From the NCBI GenBank assembly GCA_963842925.1, contig CAWJIL010000017.1, positions 5,423 through 69,422 of the forward strand: a stretch of DNA of 64,000 bases. Reading direction: 5' to 3'. A program made the translations under genes and the position numbers. Of this stretch, positions 38,537 through 48,350 are shown in pieces. Positions within the stretch are counted from its first letter, which is position 1. Each line of letters opens with the position of its first letter. Source of the stretch: an uncultured delta proteobacterium. GTDB lineage: Bacteria > Desulfobacterota > Desulfobacteria > Desulfobacterales > B30-G6. The notes beneath the pieces were generated by a model that worked only from the letters and a program-made list of their open reading frames with translations, was not told the origin of the DNA and searched no databases.

Positions 38537-38866
38537 TTAATCCAGAAGTTCCATTAATTTGCCGCAACATGGTGGAATGCGGTCACCAGCTTTGAGGTTC
38601 ACGTACTTGTTGCATGTCTGACAATAACAGGTTGAATCTTTATCCACATAAACAACCGGATATTCCTCGTCACCCTTTTCTCCTTCTACTGCAAACTGGG
38701 CAGTGTTGCTTTTTGCCGGGACATACTCTCCCACCGGTACCAGTTTCTGGTTAAAGCGAGAGCAATCCACAAGCATACGCCAGAGTCCTTCTAACATTGT
38801 TTTTTCGTAATCAGCTTCGGGGGTGAATTCCACTGTATTTTTGTTGAGTTCGATCCGCATAGACAT
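38537..38866 (-). CDS. Hypothetical protein with a C-terminal Cys4 zinc-ribbon-like motif (109 aa)
   Basis: CYCQTCNKY...PPCCGKL, with RBS AAGGAGG. Confidence 0.65.
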   Translation of the reverse strand: MSMRIELNKNTVEFTPEADYEKTMLEGLWRMLVDCSRFNQKLVPVGEYVPAKSNTAQFAVEGEKGDEEYPVVYVDKDSTCYCQTCNKYVNLKAGDRIPPCCGKLMELLD

Positions 38867-38943
38867 TCCTCCTTGAATTATACGTTAATCAGACGGATGT
38901 AATCACTGGTTGCTTATGGTTATTGATCAAAAATCATTATCGA

Positions 38944-40202
38944 GTAGGGGGAGGCCTCACGACCTCCCTCTCTCACACCACCGGGCATACGGTTCACGTA
39001 CCACGGCGGTTCCTTATGTCAATACCGTTCCAAACCGTTGCAGCGTCTTTAGCGTTGAGATAAGCCCGAACTGATCAAAGTAGCGTTTTGGAAAGGCTTG
39101 GTTCATGTGTGATGCTCCAGCATTGAACCATGGCCCCTTCTGATTGAACGCCGACCGGGCTGCCCGTTCTTCTGACAGTCCGTGTTTCATCAGCATCCGA
39201 AAGCGCGTCCAGGGTCGTTTCCACTGCCGCCAGAGGATGCACCGCAGTCGGCGGCGTAACCACTGATCCAGCTCTTCCGCGAATCCCCGAAACTCCGTCA
39301 ATCGGAAATAGTTGCTCCATCCCCGAAGAACCGGATTGAGATCTTTCTGGATAAACCGGACGATATTGCGGCCACGCCCTTTCCTAAACAATGCTTTCAG
39401 CTTACCTTTGAAACGTTCAATCGATTGCTTGGCTATCTGAACGCGTCTAACCGGCTTTGGCTCATACGTACCCTCACATAACCGCTCTTTGATCTTTGGC
39501 CAGTGCCTCCGCAGAAAAGCGCCCAGTTGATCGACACTCATTCCGTCTATCCCTGAGGCTCCTTTGTTCCGCCTGACACGCTTTAAGGCCGCTTGCATGT
39601 TCGAGCGTTCGACCACACGCTCCATCAACTGCATCTGCTCGGGGACAGAGGTTCCTCCTGTCAATGGGTGCCTTGACACACTGTTGCGGTCCTCTCCCGG
39701 GTTCCGCCCGGTACCTGCCGCTCCAGCGCCGTACATCTCAGCACGGCCTCCTATGTCTACAGTCACTCGCACAACAAAAGCCCATGTCCTTAACACAAAG
39801 TTTGGCCCTTTACCCGTGGTCACTCGGGCTAATATGGCCTCGGCTGACTCCTCACGACACATCCCGCCGTCTCGCGACAACGGTAGCACAGATGGCATAC
39901 CGTGAGGTCTCCCCGGGTAATGCACACCCACCTTCACGCTTATATCCGCCACATATACGTTCATACCATCCGGTCAGGTATCGGACTTCAGAGATATTTG
40001 TCTCCTCATCCGGCATGAACGCCTCGTATGTGGTTCCTGTTCGTCGGACCAGCGCTTTGCCTTCAGCTTCCTTCCCACGACATCTCGCAATGACGCAGTT
40101 GCCGTTCAGCTAACACTTCCCCCTGACGGGTGTGTAGAGGACTTGACTTCAACAATCTCTGTCGAGTCGCACCTCCAAGTGGGTGCGCCCTGCCGGGCGC
40201 AC
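38944..40202 (-). mobile_element. Group IIC (bacterial class C) intron, ~1.26 kb, non-autonomous (internally deleted IEP)
   Basis: The minus-strand 5' end GTGCGCCCGGCAGGGCGCACC starts immediately after the T8 of a terminator hairpin. A short domain V-like helix with a CGC triad lies at ~38978-39009 (CCGCCG...CGGUGG). Domain VI is GGGAGGUC-GUGA-GGCCUCCC, then CCUAC. The maturase remnant lies inside. The 3' end is approximate. Confidence 0.8.
39014..39634 (-). pseudogene. Group II intron reverse transcriptase/maturase with most of the RT domain deleted (~206 aa left)
   Basis: MQLMERVVERSNMQAALKRVRRNKGASGIDGMSVDQL...YEPKPVRRVQI (RT0-RT2) joins directly to the maturase/X-domain sequence LNPVLRGWSNYFRL.... 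RT blocks 3-7 are absent, including the YADD catalytic block. The 316 aa track ORF is extended upstream through intron RNA. Confidence 0.8.
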
Positions 40203-40239
40203 AAAAAAAATGGGCAGCAGAAAATTAATCCTGCTGCCC
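40203..40239 (-). terminator. Rho-independent terminator (also the intron homing site)
   Basis: The minus strand reads GGGCAGCAG-GATTAATTTT-CTGCTGCCC-A-TTTTTTTT. Confidence 0.9.
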
Positions 40240-40284
40240 CAGGTATTATCGGTACACACGTTTGATAGTGCCTACCATGTTACC

Positions 40285-40885
40285 CTTAGATGCGCCGCCT
40301 TGCCGTGTCAAGCATTCCCTAATCAAGCTCCACCCTCGCAGGCATTGCCCGATTTGGTTGTGCCTAACCTGACCTTGCTAAGCACCCTGTCTCGCTCTGT
40401 CCTGCCCAGTCTTACCATTCTAAACGCTACCCTTGCGGGTTTTGCCTCGTCTGGTAATGCCCGGCTCGACTTTGCTCTGCATCATGCCTTGCTTTGTCAT
40501 GTTTGGTCTTTCCGAGCCAAGCTACACTCTTGCGAGCTTTACCTGACCTAGTCATACCAAGCGTGACCTTGCTCGGTACAGTGCTTCGCGCTGTCTTGCC
40601 TAGCCTTCCTAGCTTGATTCACCCCTTGCGAGGTTTACCTATTCTAGTCATACCAAGCCTGACCTTGCTCGGCTCCGTGCATCGTCTTGTCCTGTCTGGT
40701 TTTCTTATGCCAGATACTGTCCTTGCGGACGTTACCTTACATCGTCAGACCAAACCTTACGAGATTTTACACTTTGCCTCGCGCTGTCCTGTCCAGTCAT
40801 TCTTGGTCAAGTTCCACCCCGAAGGATTTTGCTTAACCTAGTCAAACTGTACCTGACCTTGCTCGACATTTCAGGGTCATCATGA
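40285..40885 (-). repeat. Degenerate tandem array, ~6 units of 96-98 bp, apparently noncoding
   Basis: Unit starts on the + strand are 40335, 40433, 40529, 40625, 40722 and 40819. Conserved cores are CTTGCGAGG.TTTACC, TAGTCATACC and CTGACCTTGCTCGG. The track shows no minus-strand ORF of 60 aa or more. Confidence 0.8.
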
Positions 40886-41255
40886 TTGGGATCGATAATT
40901 ACCCTTGCCTCATACGTAGTTTATATCTTTATCACTTGTCAAGCTTTTTTATTACTTTTTTTCATTTTTTTTCCAGATGAATGTTAAACTTTTATTGACT
41001 ATTAATTCAGTAAGTTATAAATTTATATAATGTTTGCTATAATCATATTTCCATTTAATCCGGCAGGTTACTTTTCTAAGCCATTTATTGATTTCCAGTT
41101 CATCTTATGCGGTCAAATGGACACCATTTTTTGTACAATCAACAGACGGAATAAAATGGAAAACAAACAAATATGTTAGTAATTCAGTGAGATGAATTTT
41201 TAGTAAACTTTTTTTTGCTCTCAATAATTTAATCCCATCAATGCTTGGCGTTTCA

Positions 41256-41828
41256 TCACGAGCCTGAATTGTTCTCACACCAACGTTTGAATAAATTGTT
41301 ATCGATATGAAAACAATCCAATACCTTGCCAACCAGATGATTGATCATGTCATCAATGGTATCCGGGCGGTGATAAAAGGTCATAAACGGTGGCACAATC
41401 ATTCCTCTAAGCCGTTCGACTTTTGCCATCAAGTCCAGATGACCACAGTGAAGGGGTGATTCCCGCGGTACAACCACCAGTCGCCTTCGCTCTTTCAGTG
41501 TTACATCTGCGGCTCGAACCAGCAGGTTGGTATTGAATGAGTTAGCCAGAGCCGACATGGTTTTCATGGAACATGGAATGATAACCATTCCCCTGGTCCG
41601 AAAAGATCCGCTGGCAATCGATGCGCCGATGTCATGAAAGTCATGCACAACATCTGCCAGTTTTTTGACATCGTCTACATGCCAATTCGTCTCCAATTCA
41701 ATCGTTCTTACGGCCGATCCCGAAATCACCAAATGGGTTTCAAAATCAGAATCAGAAAAATACTGAAGCAAGCGAATACCCAAAATTGCGCCCGAAGCGC
41801 CCGACATACCCACAACAATTCTTTCCAT
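41256..41828 (-). CDS. ubiX: Flavin prenyltransferase UbiX
   Basis: IVVGMSGASGAILGIRLL, MVIIPCSMKTMSALANS and LKERRRLVVVPRESPL. The GAAGGAG RBS supports the ATG at 41828. Confidence 0.92.
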   Translation of the reverse strand: MERIVVGMSGASGAILGIRLLQYFSDSDFETHLVISGSAVRTIELETNWHVDDVKKLADVVHDFHDIGASIASGSFRTRGMVIIPCSMKTMSALANSFNTNLLVRAADVTLKERRRLVVVPRESPLHCGHLDLMAKVERLRGMIVPPFMTFYHRPDTIDDMINHLVGKVLDCFHIDNNLFKRWCENNSGS

Positions 41829-41845
41829 ACGTACTCCTTCTATGG

Positions 41846-42325
41846 TCAACGGATTTTCAACTCTTCTTTATGCCCAAATCCTGATGCGTTATCTATAAAA
41901 TATATCTTTACCGGCAAAATTTGATAAAATTTCACCCTTGATACCTTCTGTGCAATTTTTTTACCCAGTTTGTGCGGAGATAACAAGAAATCGGCAACAT
42001 TTGGAAATTTCTTAACATAGGCTTTTACAATGCGTGCATTTTTTAAAATTCCACCGATACATTCAACCCGTCCTTCAAGCTGAATCCCCTTGATTTGAAG
42101 CCAGTTTGAATAATCTTCATTGATCGTACCGGAAACCATCGGGTTTTGTATTAGATTCTCCCCGTGTCGGCTTTTTGGATTGCTTAAAAAGTAAAGATTA
42201 AATCCGATGTTGACGTAAAAGACTGATGCAGCATGTGGTATGCTTCCCGCCGTTGTTGCCAGCGAAAGGGTGTTACATGTTTCCAGATAACAACATATTT
42301 TTTGTTCGAGTTGTTGGTTTTTCAT
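41846..42325 (-). CDS. Pyridoxamine 5'-phosphate oxidase-like FMN-binding protein
   Basis: 159 aa, with LSLATTAGSIPHAASVFYV...LYFLSNPKSRH and a split-barrel pattern. Confidence 0.7.
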   Translation of the reverse strand: MKNQQLEQKICCYLETCNTLSLATTAGSIPHAASVFYVNIGFNLYFLSNPKSRHGENLIQNPMVSGTINEDYSNWLQIKGIQLEGRVECIGGILKNARIVKAYVKKFPNVADFLLSPHKLGKKIAQKVSRVKFYQILPVKIYFIDNASGFGHKEELKIR

Positions 42326-42475
42326 GGATTGATCTTTATTTTTATACAGACCTGATTCTCGGTATCTGTTACGTATCCAGATACCAAAAAAAATATCGAT
42401 AACCGTTACGTAAATGATTACGGTATGTTTATCAACTCAGAATTAACCCGGAAATTTCACAAGCCTGATCGATCA

Positions 42476-44731
42476 TTAAATAATCCGCTTAAGCTCTGCC
42501 GCATCTATCCGACAAGGTATGAAACGGTGTAGTGGCGTCCCCAATGGGTCGCGATGGGTGTTCTTTGTCAGATAGTTGGCGTTGATACCATAAACCTGGT
42601 CATCATAGATCAGACCAAAGCCATGGGGAATCAGGACCGTACCCGGCCGTATCTGCACGCTCACTTCCAATTCGCCGGTTGCGCTGCCGGCTTCTGTGGT
42701 CACTTTTACTTCTTGGCCATCGGTCAGATCTAGGTTTTCCGCATCTGTCGGGCTCACTGCCACGGTACAAGCCCGTTTGCCGAGATTCCATTCCGGATTC
42801 CGCATCAGGGTATTGGCGTTGTGCTTCATGTGACGACCGGCGTTCAGAATCAAAGGGAAACCATCCGGCATCTTTAAGTCCTGGGCCTCTTTTTCAGGTG
42901 TCAACCCGAGAACCCCTTCTTCCAGTTCCGGAATGAACACTTCTATCTTTCCCGATGGTGTCTTGATGCCCTCCGTGGGGTTCTCCACATCAGCCTTGCC
43001 TATCCAGATTCCTTCAGGCTTATCCAAAAGGGTCTGAAAAATACGGTCTCCCTGATCCATTCCCGGATCAAAGCCTGCCCGGGCTGCATTCTTACGAAAG
43101 GCTTTGGGTGCCGTCATGAGAACGCCCCAGAGCCCGGACTTGGCGGCGCTGTCCCATACTCGGCCAAGGGTTTTGGCCAATACAAAAGGCATGCGTGGCA
43201 GGGCCCCTGGTACCTGTCCCCCATATTGCATTAACTTGATGCCAAAGGTCAACCGATCCCCTTTGGCAGCGTCTTGAAGCTCTGCAGGTATCTCTGGGAT
43301 CAAACCCATCTGGTCGGCCAGGCGGGTAATGATCTGGGACACTTCCAGACACTTTGCCGGCGGCTCCACAACGGGCCGCCGTAGTTGGAAAAAAACTTCC
43401 GGATAGGTCCAGGGAAAAAAAGTCGCGTCCCAGGACTCGTAAAATGTGCGGCAAGGCAACACATAATGTGCCAGTCTGGCAGTCTCGCTCATCACGATGT
43501 CGTTGACAACCAAAAGATCAAGATTTTTGAAACTCTTTTCATAAGCGTGGGTGTCTGGATAAGCCCGCAGGGGATTGCAGGCACTGACCAGTACCGCCCT
43601 CAGCTTTTCCGGATGATCGTTGAGTATCTCTTCGGGCATTACTGCCGGTGGAAATGAGCCTGCTGCTGCGGGCGGCATCTCCGTGGCAATGGTCCGCCAG
43701 GTTTCAGCATTTCTTTCATCGGCATGAAACCCCATGGGTACAACCATGCCGGGTATAATGTTGCCGCCTCGGGTGCCAAAAATGCCACAAACCGAACCGA
43801 GAATGTTGAGTAGATAGGAGTTCAGTGTGCTGTGACGCCCCATATAGATACCAAGATCCGGATGGAGACACCAGCGCCGGGTAGTCATCAATCGACAGAC
43901 ATCACGCACTTTGGAAACATCGAGTTGACAAACATTCAACGCTTCCCGGACGTTGAATTTTTCAAACCAGCGTTTGATTCGTTCCCATCCATCCACGTGC
44001 TCATTCAGATAGGTCTGGTTCTGCCAACCTTCCCCGAGAATCAAAGCGATCATAGCCTTGGCTAACAGGGCGTCGGTGCCGGGCCGTATAGCCAGGTGGA
44101 TATCGGCAATTGCGGCAGTTTCGCTTCGGCGTGGATCTATGACCACGAGTTTCCTCTCGGGATCCTTGCTAAATGCTTTTAAAGTGATAGGCGCCCGTGG
44201 CATCTGGTGGCTTTGCATTCCGTTCCATCCCCAGCCCACCATCATTTCAGTAGCATGTTCGTCCGGAATGGCGATATTGTATTGCTTTCCCAGCATGCGG
44301 CCAAAGACCCACCAGGAACCAGAGAACTCCTGACCGGCCGAAGAGTAGTAGTACTGGGACCCGAGCGCGCGGATAAGGCTCAAACCAAAAGCAGCTTCCA
44401 TATGCCCCCCCTGGGCACTACCACCCATGTATGCTAAACAGCGCGGGCCGTTCTGGTCCAGAAGCATTTGAAGTTTTTCGGCGATCTCAGTGATGGCCTG
44501 GTCCCAGGAAATCGGTTCGAATTCCCCCCCCACACGTTTAAGGGGCACCTTTAGCCGGTCTGTTGGATACTGATGGTACATCACCTTAAGCCCTTTACGA
44601 CAGGCATATCCCTTGCTGCGCAAATTGGCCTTGTCCGGGCGCACGCGAACAATGCGCCCATCCTCCACCAGCATTTCCAGCCCACAATTCTGGGCACACA
44701 ATACGCATCCCGTTTTATGCCAATTTTCCAT
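42476..44731 (-). CDS. Molybdopterin (bis-MGD) oxidoreductase, cytoplasmic type (751 aa)
   Basis: An N-terminal 4Fe-4S motif CVLCAQNCGLEM...C, MopB-family length, and a C-terminal beta-barrel domain. No Tat signal. Confidence 0.88.
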   Translation of the reverse strand: MENWHKTGCVLCAQNCGLEMLVEDGRIVRVRPDKANLRSKGYACRKGLKVMYHQYPTDRLKVPLKRVGGEFEPISWDQAITEIAEKLQMLLDQNGPRCLAYMGGSAQGGHMEAAFGLSLIRALGSQYYYSSAGQEFSGSWWVFGRMLGKQYNIAIPDEHATEMMVGWGWNGMQSHQMPRAPITLKAFSKDPERKLVVIDPRRSETAAIADIHLAIRPGTDALLAKAMIALILGEGWQNQTYLNEHVDGWERIKRWFEKFNVREALNVCQLDVSKVRDVCRLMTTRRWCLHPDLGIYMGRHSTLNSYLLNILGSVCGIFGTRGGNIIPGMVVPMGFHADERNAETWRTIATEMPPAAAGSFPPAVMPEEILNDHPEKLRAVLVSACNPLRAYPDTHAYEKSFKNLDLLVVNDIVMSETARLAHYVLPCRTFYESWDATFFPWTYPEVFFQLRRPVVEPPAKCLEVSQIITRLADQMGLIPEIPAELQDAAKGDRLTFGIKLMQYGGQVPGALPRMPFVLAKTLGRVWDSAAKSGLWGVLMTAPKAFRKNAARAGFDPGMDQGDRIFQTLLDKPEGIWIGKADVENPTEGIKTPSGKIEVFIPELEEGVLGLTPEKEAQDLKMPDGFPLILNAGRHMKHNANTLMRNPEWNLGKRACTVAVSPTDAENLDLTDGQEVKVTTEAGSATGELEVSVQIRPGTVLIPHGFGLIYDDQVYGINANYLTKNTHRDPLGTPLHRFIPCRIDAAELKRII

Positions 44732-45179
44732 GCTTCCTCCTTATCTTTTTTTATCGCTCATCTGGGGATCTGCAGCCATCGTCAGCTTACCCTTCCCGGC
44801 GTTCTTTGTAAATATCCATGGTACATCATGCTGATGCATTGCTAAATAGTATCCATCCACAAATGGTCTTTTCACGCCCTGCCGGTGTTGGGCGCCATGA
44901 TTTAACGCCTCAAAATAGCGCGCTATTCCTCCGGGTTAAATCTGACGCCCGCCTTGTCAGAACGCGAAAATCCCTATTTCTGGACGGACACTAAACACAA
45001 TTTTGCTTCGGATGCGATTACATTGAAGCGCTTCAAATCGGGGCCTTGCATGCCGTCCTGGACGGAAAAAGGATGGATGACAAAGGAGAAACCAGATGAT
45101 ATGCTGCCATTAGAAAATATGACCGGCCCGGGGAAGCTTCCATAAAGCGGACATGTCACCGTGAGGAAACCAAGGATAA

Positions 45180-47006
45180 ATGATGGGGCAGACAAATAAA
45201 TTATTATTCATCATCGGCATGCTTTTGTTGTGCACCATGGGGCTGTGGATCGCAGCCGAGACCGGGCTGGCTGCGTCGCCGGGGGAAAATTCAGTCTTCC
45301 CACGAAGTCTGGAAAGCTATGGCGACCAGGACATGACCAGTATCATTGAAATTCTCTGGAACCGCGCCCAGGAAGAACCCTTCAACCTGGCGGCCTTGTT
45401 GATTTTCTTTTGTGCCATTGTGCACACATTCCTGGCCAGCAGTTTCATGACAATGTCGCACAAATGGGAGCACGAACACGAAGAAAAAAGGAGGCAAGGA
45501 CTCGCTGACAAAGACGCGGTTCACTATGGAGCCGGGCTGTTTCACTTTCTGGGAGAAGTGGAAGTCATCTTTGGCGTGTGGGCCCTGGCCCTGCTGGTGA
45601 CGATCATTGGGTTTTTTGACTGGAAAACGGCGGTCAATTACGTCGGCCATGACGTCAATTTTGTTGAAGCCATGTTTGTGGTAACGATCATGACCCTGGC
45701 GGCCACCCGTCCCATTTTAAAGCTGTCAGAAACGATCATGCAGAAAATCGCGAACCTTCTGGGGGGCGGTCTGACGGCCTGGTGGTTTACCATCCTCAGC
45801 CTGGGTCCGATTCTGGGATCACTTATCACCGAACCGGCAGCCATGACCATTTCCGCCTTGCTGCTGGGTCGCAAGTTTTTTCATCTGCAACCCACCAGCA
45901 AATTCAAATACGCCACGCTGGGCTTGCTCTTTGTCAACATTTCGGTGGGAGGCACCCTGACAAACTTTGCCGCACCCCCGGTAATGATGGTGGCCAGCAC
46001 CTGGCATTGGGATAGCCTGCACATGTTTACCCATTTTGGCTGGAAAGCGGTTCTTGGCATATTGGTAGCCAATGGGCTGTATTTTTTGTTCTTTCGCAAG
46101 GAACTGGCAGGAATGCAACATGACTTTTCCGTGGAAGAACTCAAACACCGCATTCAGACAGAGCTGATCAAGCGCAAAGATCTGCAAGCCCAGTTCGACA
46201 AGATCGGACCGGTTTCCTCGAAAACCCTTGCTTTCGAGGAAACCCTTCATCGCAAAACAGCGGAAGTCTCTCAACACATTAAAGCGCGCCTGGATAAAGA
46301 TTTTCTGCCGCATCTTTTGGAAAAAGGCTTCGATGCGGATCTGGTCAAAGAGGCCTTTGACAAACGTTTCAAGGAGATCGAGCTTCGAAAAATGCGGCAG
46401 CTTCTACCTGGCTTGCTTCCCGAAAATCAGCGGCCTTTGTTTGTCGATCCGGAATGGGATAACCGTGACGATCCGGTCCCGGCCTGGTTGATCGCCGCTC
46501 ATGTGCTGTTCATGGCTTGGACGATCTTCAACGCCCACTACCCAGGGCTTTTTATCCCGGGCTTGCTCTTTTTCCTGGGGTTTTCACAGGTTACGACACT
46601 GTTTCAAAATCGCATCGATCTCAAACCGCCTCTGCTGGTAGGTTTTTTTCTGGGCGGGCTGGTGGTGCACGGAGGGGTCCAGGGATGGTGGATCGAGCCG
46701 GTGTTAAGCAGGTTAAGCGAAATTCCACTCATGCTGGGGTCTACGCTCCTGACCGCCTTCAACGACAACGCCGCCATTACCTTTCTCTGCACCCTGGTGC
46801 CAACATTTACAGACAATCTCAAATACGTGGTAATGGCCGGTGCTGTGGCCGGCGGCGGTCTCACGGTGATTGCCAATGCTCCAAACCCGGCCGGGCAATC
46901 ACTGCTGAAAAAATACTTTGACGACGCCGTATCCCCGGTGGGGCTGCTCATGGGTGCCCTGCTGCCGACGGTAATCACATGGCTGTGTTTTGCGGTGTTC
47001 CAATAA
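45180..47006 (+). CDS. Large polytopic membrane transporter, DUF1504 / putative Na+/H+ antiporter-like
   Basis: 608 aa with at least 10 TM segments and a ~130 aa cytoplasmic insert. FLGEVEVIFGVWAL is reminiscent of DUF1504. The family call is from memory. Confidence 0.6.
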   Translation: MMGQTNKLLFIIGMLLLCTMGLWIAAETGLAASPGENSVFPRSLESYGDQDMTSIIEILWNRAQEEPFNLAALLIFFCAIVHTFLASSFMTMSHKWEHEHEEKRRQGLADKDAVHYGAGLFHFLGEVEVIFGVWALALLVTIIGFFDWKTAVNYVGHDVNFVEAMFVVTIMTLAATRPILKLSETIMQKIANLLGGGLTAWWFTILSLGPILGSLITEPAAMTISALLLGRKFFHLQPTSKFKYATLGLLFVNISVGGTLTNFAAPPVMMVASTWHWDSLHMFTHFGWKAVLGILVANGLYFLFFRKELAGMQHDFSVEELKHRIQTELIKRKDLQAQFDKIGPVSSKTLAFEETLHRKTAEVSQHIKARLDKDFLPHLLEKGFDADLVKEAFDKRFKEIELRKMRQLLPGLLPENQRPLFVDPEWDNRDDPVPAWLIAAHVLFMAWTIFNAHYPGLFIPGLLFFLGFSQVTTLFQNRIDLKPPLLVGFFLGGLVVHGGVQGWWIEPVLSRLSEIPLMLGSTLLTAFNDNAAITFLCTLVPTFTDNLKYVVMAGAVAGGGLTVIANAPNPAGQSLLKKYFDDAVSPVGLLMGALLPTVITWLCFAVFQ

Positions 47007-47110
47007 TTTGATTGTTGCAGATATCGGAACCCCCAGTTCCGAATCGAACAGTCATTATAACAAGTTGCGAGGTGTCAAATTTCCCGAGCCAGATCTTCTA
47101 TGCAGATGCT

Positions 47111-47165
47111 GGCTATAAGCGGTAAGCAATTAGCTGTAAGCATTTGACTGCTCAAAGCTTACAAC
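47111..47165. repeat. Short-period GCTTA-type degenerate repeat (reverse orientation)
   Basis: GGCTATAAGCGGTAAGCAATTAGCTGTAAGC...AAGCTTACAAC. Confidence 0.55.
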
Positions 47166-47210
47166 GCAACTTTTCGTTTCATAAATCCCTGAAACGTGAC
47201 GGCGTGATCC

Positions 47211-47594
47211 CTATGCGGTAAGCTTTTCCTTATTTTCCAGAGCAATTTTACACTTGATACAATGACGGGCCACCGGACGTGCCTCTAAGCGTTTTATGGA
47301 GATCCCATTCCCGCATATTTCACAAATCCCGTACTCGCTGTGTTCAATATTCCACAGTGATTGTCTTATCTTCCTGATGAGGGTACTTTCACGACTCCGG
47401 ATCCGAAGTCTATATTCCCGCTCAGACTCGACATTGGCCTGATCGAGAAGGTCTGCCGACACTTCCTCATTTTTTCTCAATTCGGTCACAGTATCGTCTG
47501 CCTGATGAAGTAGATCCTCGAGCCATGATTCTAAAATATTTCTAAAATACAACCGTTTTTCTTCATTCATCCCATCACCTGTCTGTGACATCAT
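47211..47594 (-). CDS. DksA/TraR-family C4 zinc-finger protein (127 aa)
   Basis: A coiled-coil segment, then CEICGNGISIKRLEARPVARHCIKC. The GGAGGAG RBS supports the internal ATG. Confidence 0.85.
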   Translation of the reverse strand: MMSQTGDGMNEEKRLYFRNILESWLEDLLHQADDTVTELRKNEEVSADLLDQANVESEREYRLRIRSRESTLIRKIRQSLWNIEHSEYGICEICGNGISIKRLEARPVARHCIKCKIALENKEKLTA

Positions 47595-47754
47595 CCATAA
47601 ACTCCTCCCCCATGTCCCAAACATCTTTACCAGCAAGCAATTCTGGCGAAACCGAATCTTCCCAATCCTCATGGGAGGCCACATCATCAAACTCGGGATC
47701 AATTAAAAATTTTGACAGGTATTCCATATCGCTGTACCGCATGATGCCTCCTTA

Positions 47755-47967
47755 CTAGTCTTCATTCATATGTTTTGACCATTCACCGCGCTTTCTATTT
47801 GAATGACGCCGGTCTTCCGCCTGGTCCAAATTTTTGTTCTTGTGTTTTCTGCACGACGGACATCGCTTGGGCATGTCATATCCCCGGGCCTCATATTTTC
47901 CCTGTTCCAATACATTGAATTCAAATTCTTCTTCACACTGGATGCACACCATGGTTATATCTTCCAT
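47755..47967 (-). CDS. Small zinc-ribbon protein (70 aa)
   Basis: CIQCEEEFEF...RCPSCRKH followed by a basic tail. Confidence 0.65.
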   Translation of the reverse strand: MEDITMVCIQCEEEFEFNVLEQGKYEARGYDMPKRCPSCRKHKNKNLDQAEDRRHSNRKRGEWSKHMNED

Positions 47968-48032
47968 ACTCGGAACCTCTGATTCCGTTTTACGCGCATC
48001 ATTCGTTTTAAATCGGAATTCATGCTTCCGAT

Positions 48033-48302
48033 TTAAAACAAATGACGGCTTTTGCAATTTGCCTGATTAATAACATCCTGAACATGGATATACGTGATCG
48101 CTCCCCATTGTTCTATGACACCAGAAACCGTAATTTCTTTCCTCAAGTACCTGGCTATCATATCAGTAACATCTTGATTTGATATTATATATTCCTTTTC
48201 GTTAGCTGATGCGATCTTCAGCGAGGTTATATTGCCCTTTTCATCCCAATTGGATGGGATCAAGATACCTTTCAATGAAATTTTTGCTTGTTCTATTGTC
48301 AC
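48033..48302 (-). CDS. Hypothetical small protein (89 aa), first gene of a sigma-54 transcription unit
   Basis: An ORF 49 nt downstream of a perfect sigma-54 promoter. Confidence 0.65.
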   Translation of the reverse strand: MTIEQAKISLKGILIPSNWDEKGNITSLKIASANEKEYIISNQDVTDMIARYLRKEITVSGVIEQWGAITYIHVQDVINQANCKSRHLF

Positions 48303-48350
48303 TATTCATCACCTGATTGCTGGTTCGTTCAAATCTCATGAGTGGATTTA

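Noticed and set aside
39635-39964. N-terminal 110 residues of the 316 aa ORF
   Set aside because: This is translation of intron domain I-IV RNA. The recognisable maturase sequence only starts at MQLMER (39634).
40183-40841. Two + strand ORFs (122 and 115 aa) spanning the tandem array
   Set aside because: They use alternative start codons inside the intron/terminator and have no RBS. The translations are low-complexity L/P/S/T/V-rich repeats. The unit length is a multiple of 3 for only two of the five intervals, so no single frame is maintained.
40285-40885. CRISPR array, integron attC array, or CsrA/RsmE-type sponge RNA as explanations for the tandem array
   Set aside because: - CRISPR: the whole 96 bp unit is homologous, there are no unique spacers and there are no cas genes.
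- attC: only two units contain an RYYYAAC-like core, and there are no cassettes and no intI.
- Csr sponge: about 10 GGA triplets in 650 nt, which is what chance predicts.
40900-41000. Perfect TTGACA on the minus strand upstream of the array as its promoter
   Set aside because: No acceptable -10 hexamer lies 16-19 nt downstream, so I do not call a promoter.
44732-44860. Weak sigma-54-like TGGATACTATTTAGCA and a 32-codon upstream ORF before the molybdopterin oxidoreductase; also considered a Moco riboswitch
   Set aside because: The promoter has correct spacing, but both elements are degenerate (TGGAT / TAGCA). The mini-ORF has no RBS. I could not recognise the conserved Moco-motif sequences.
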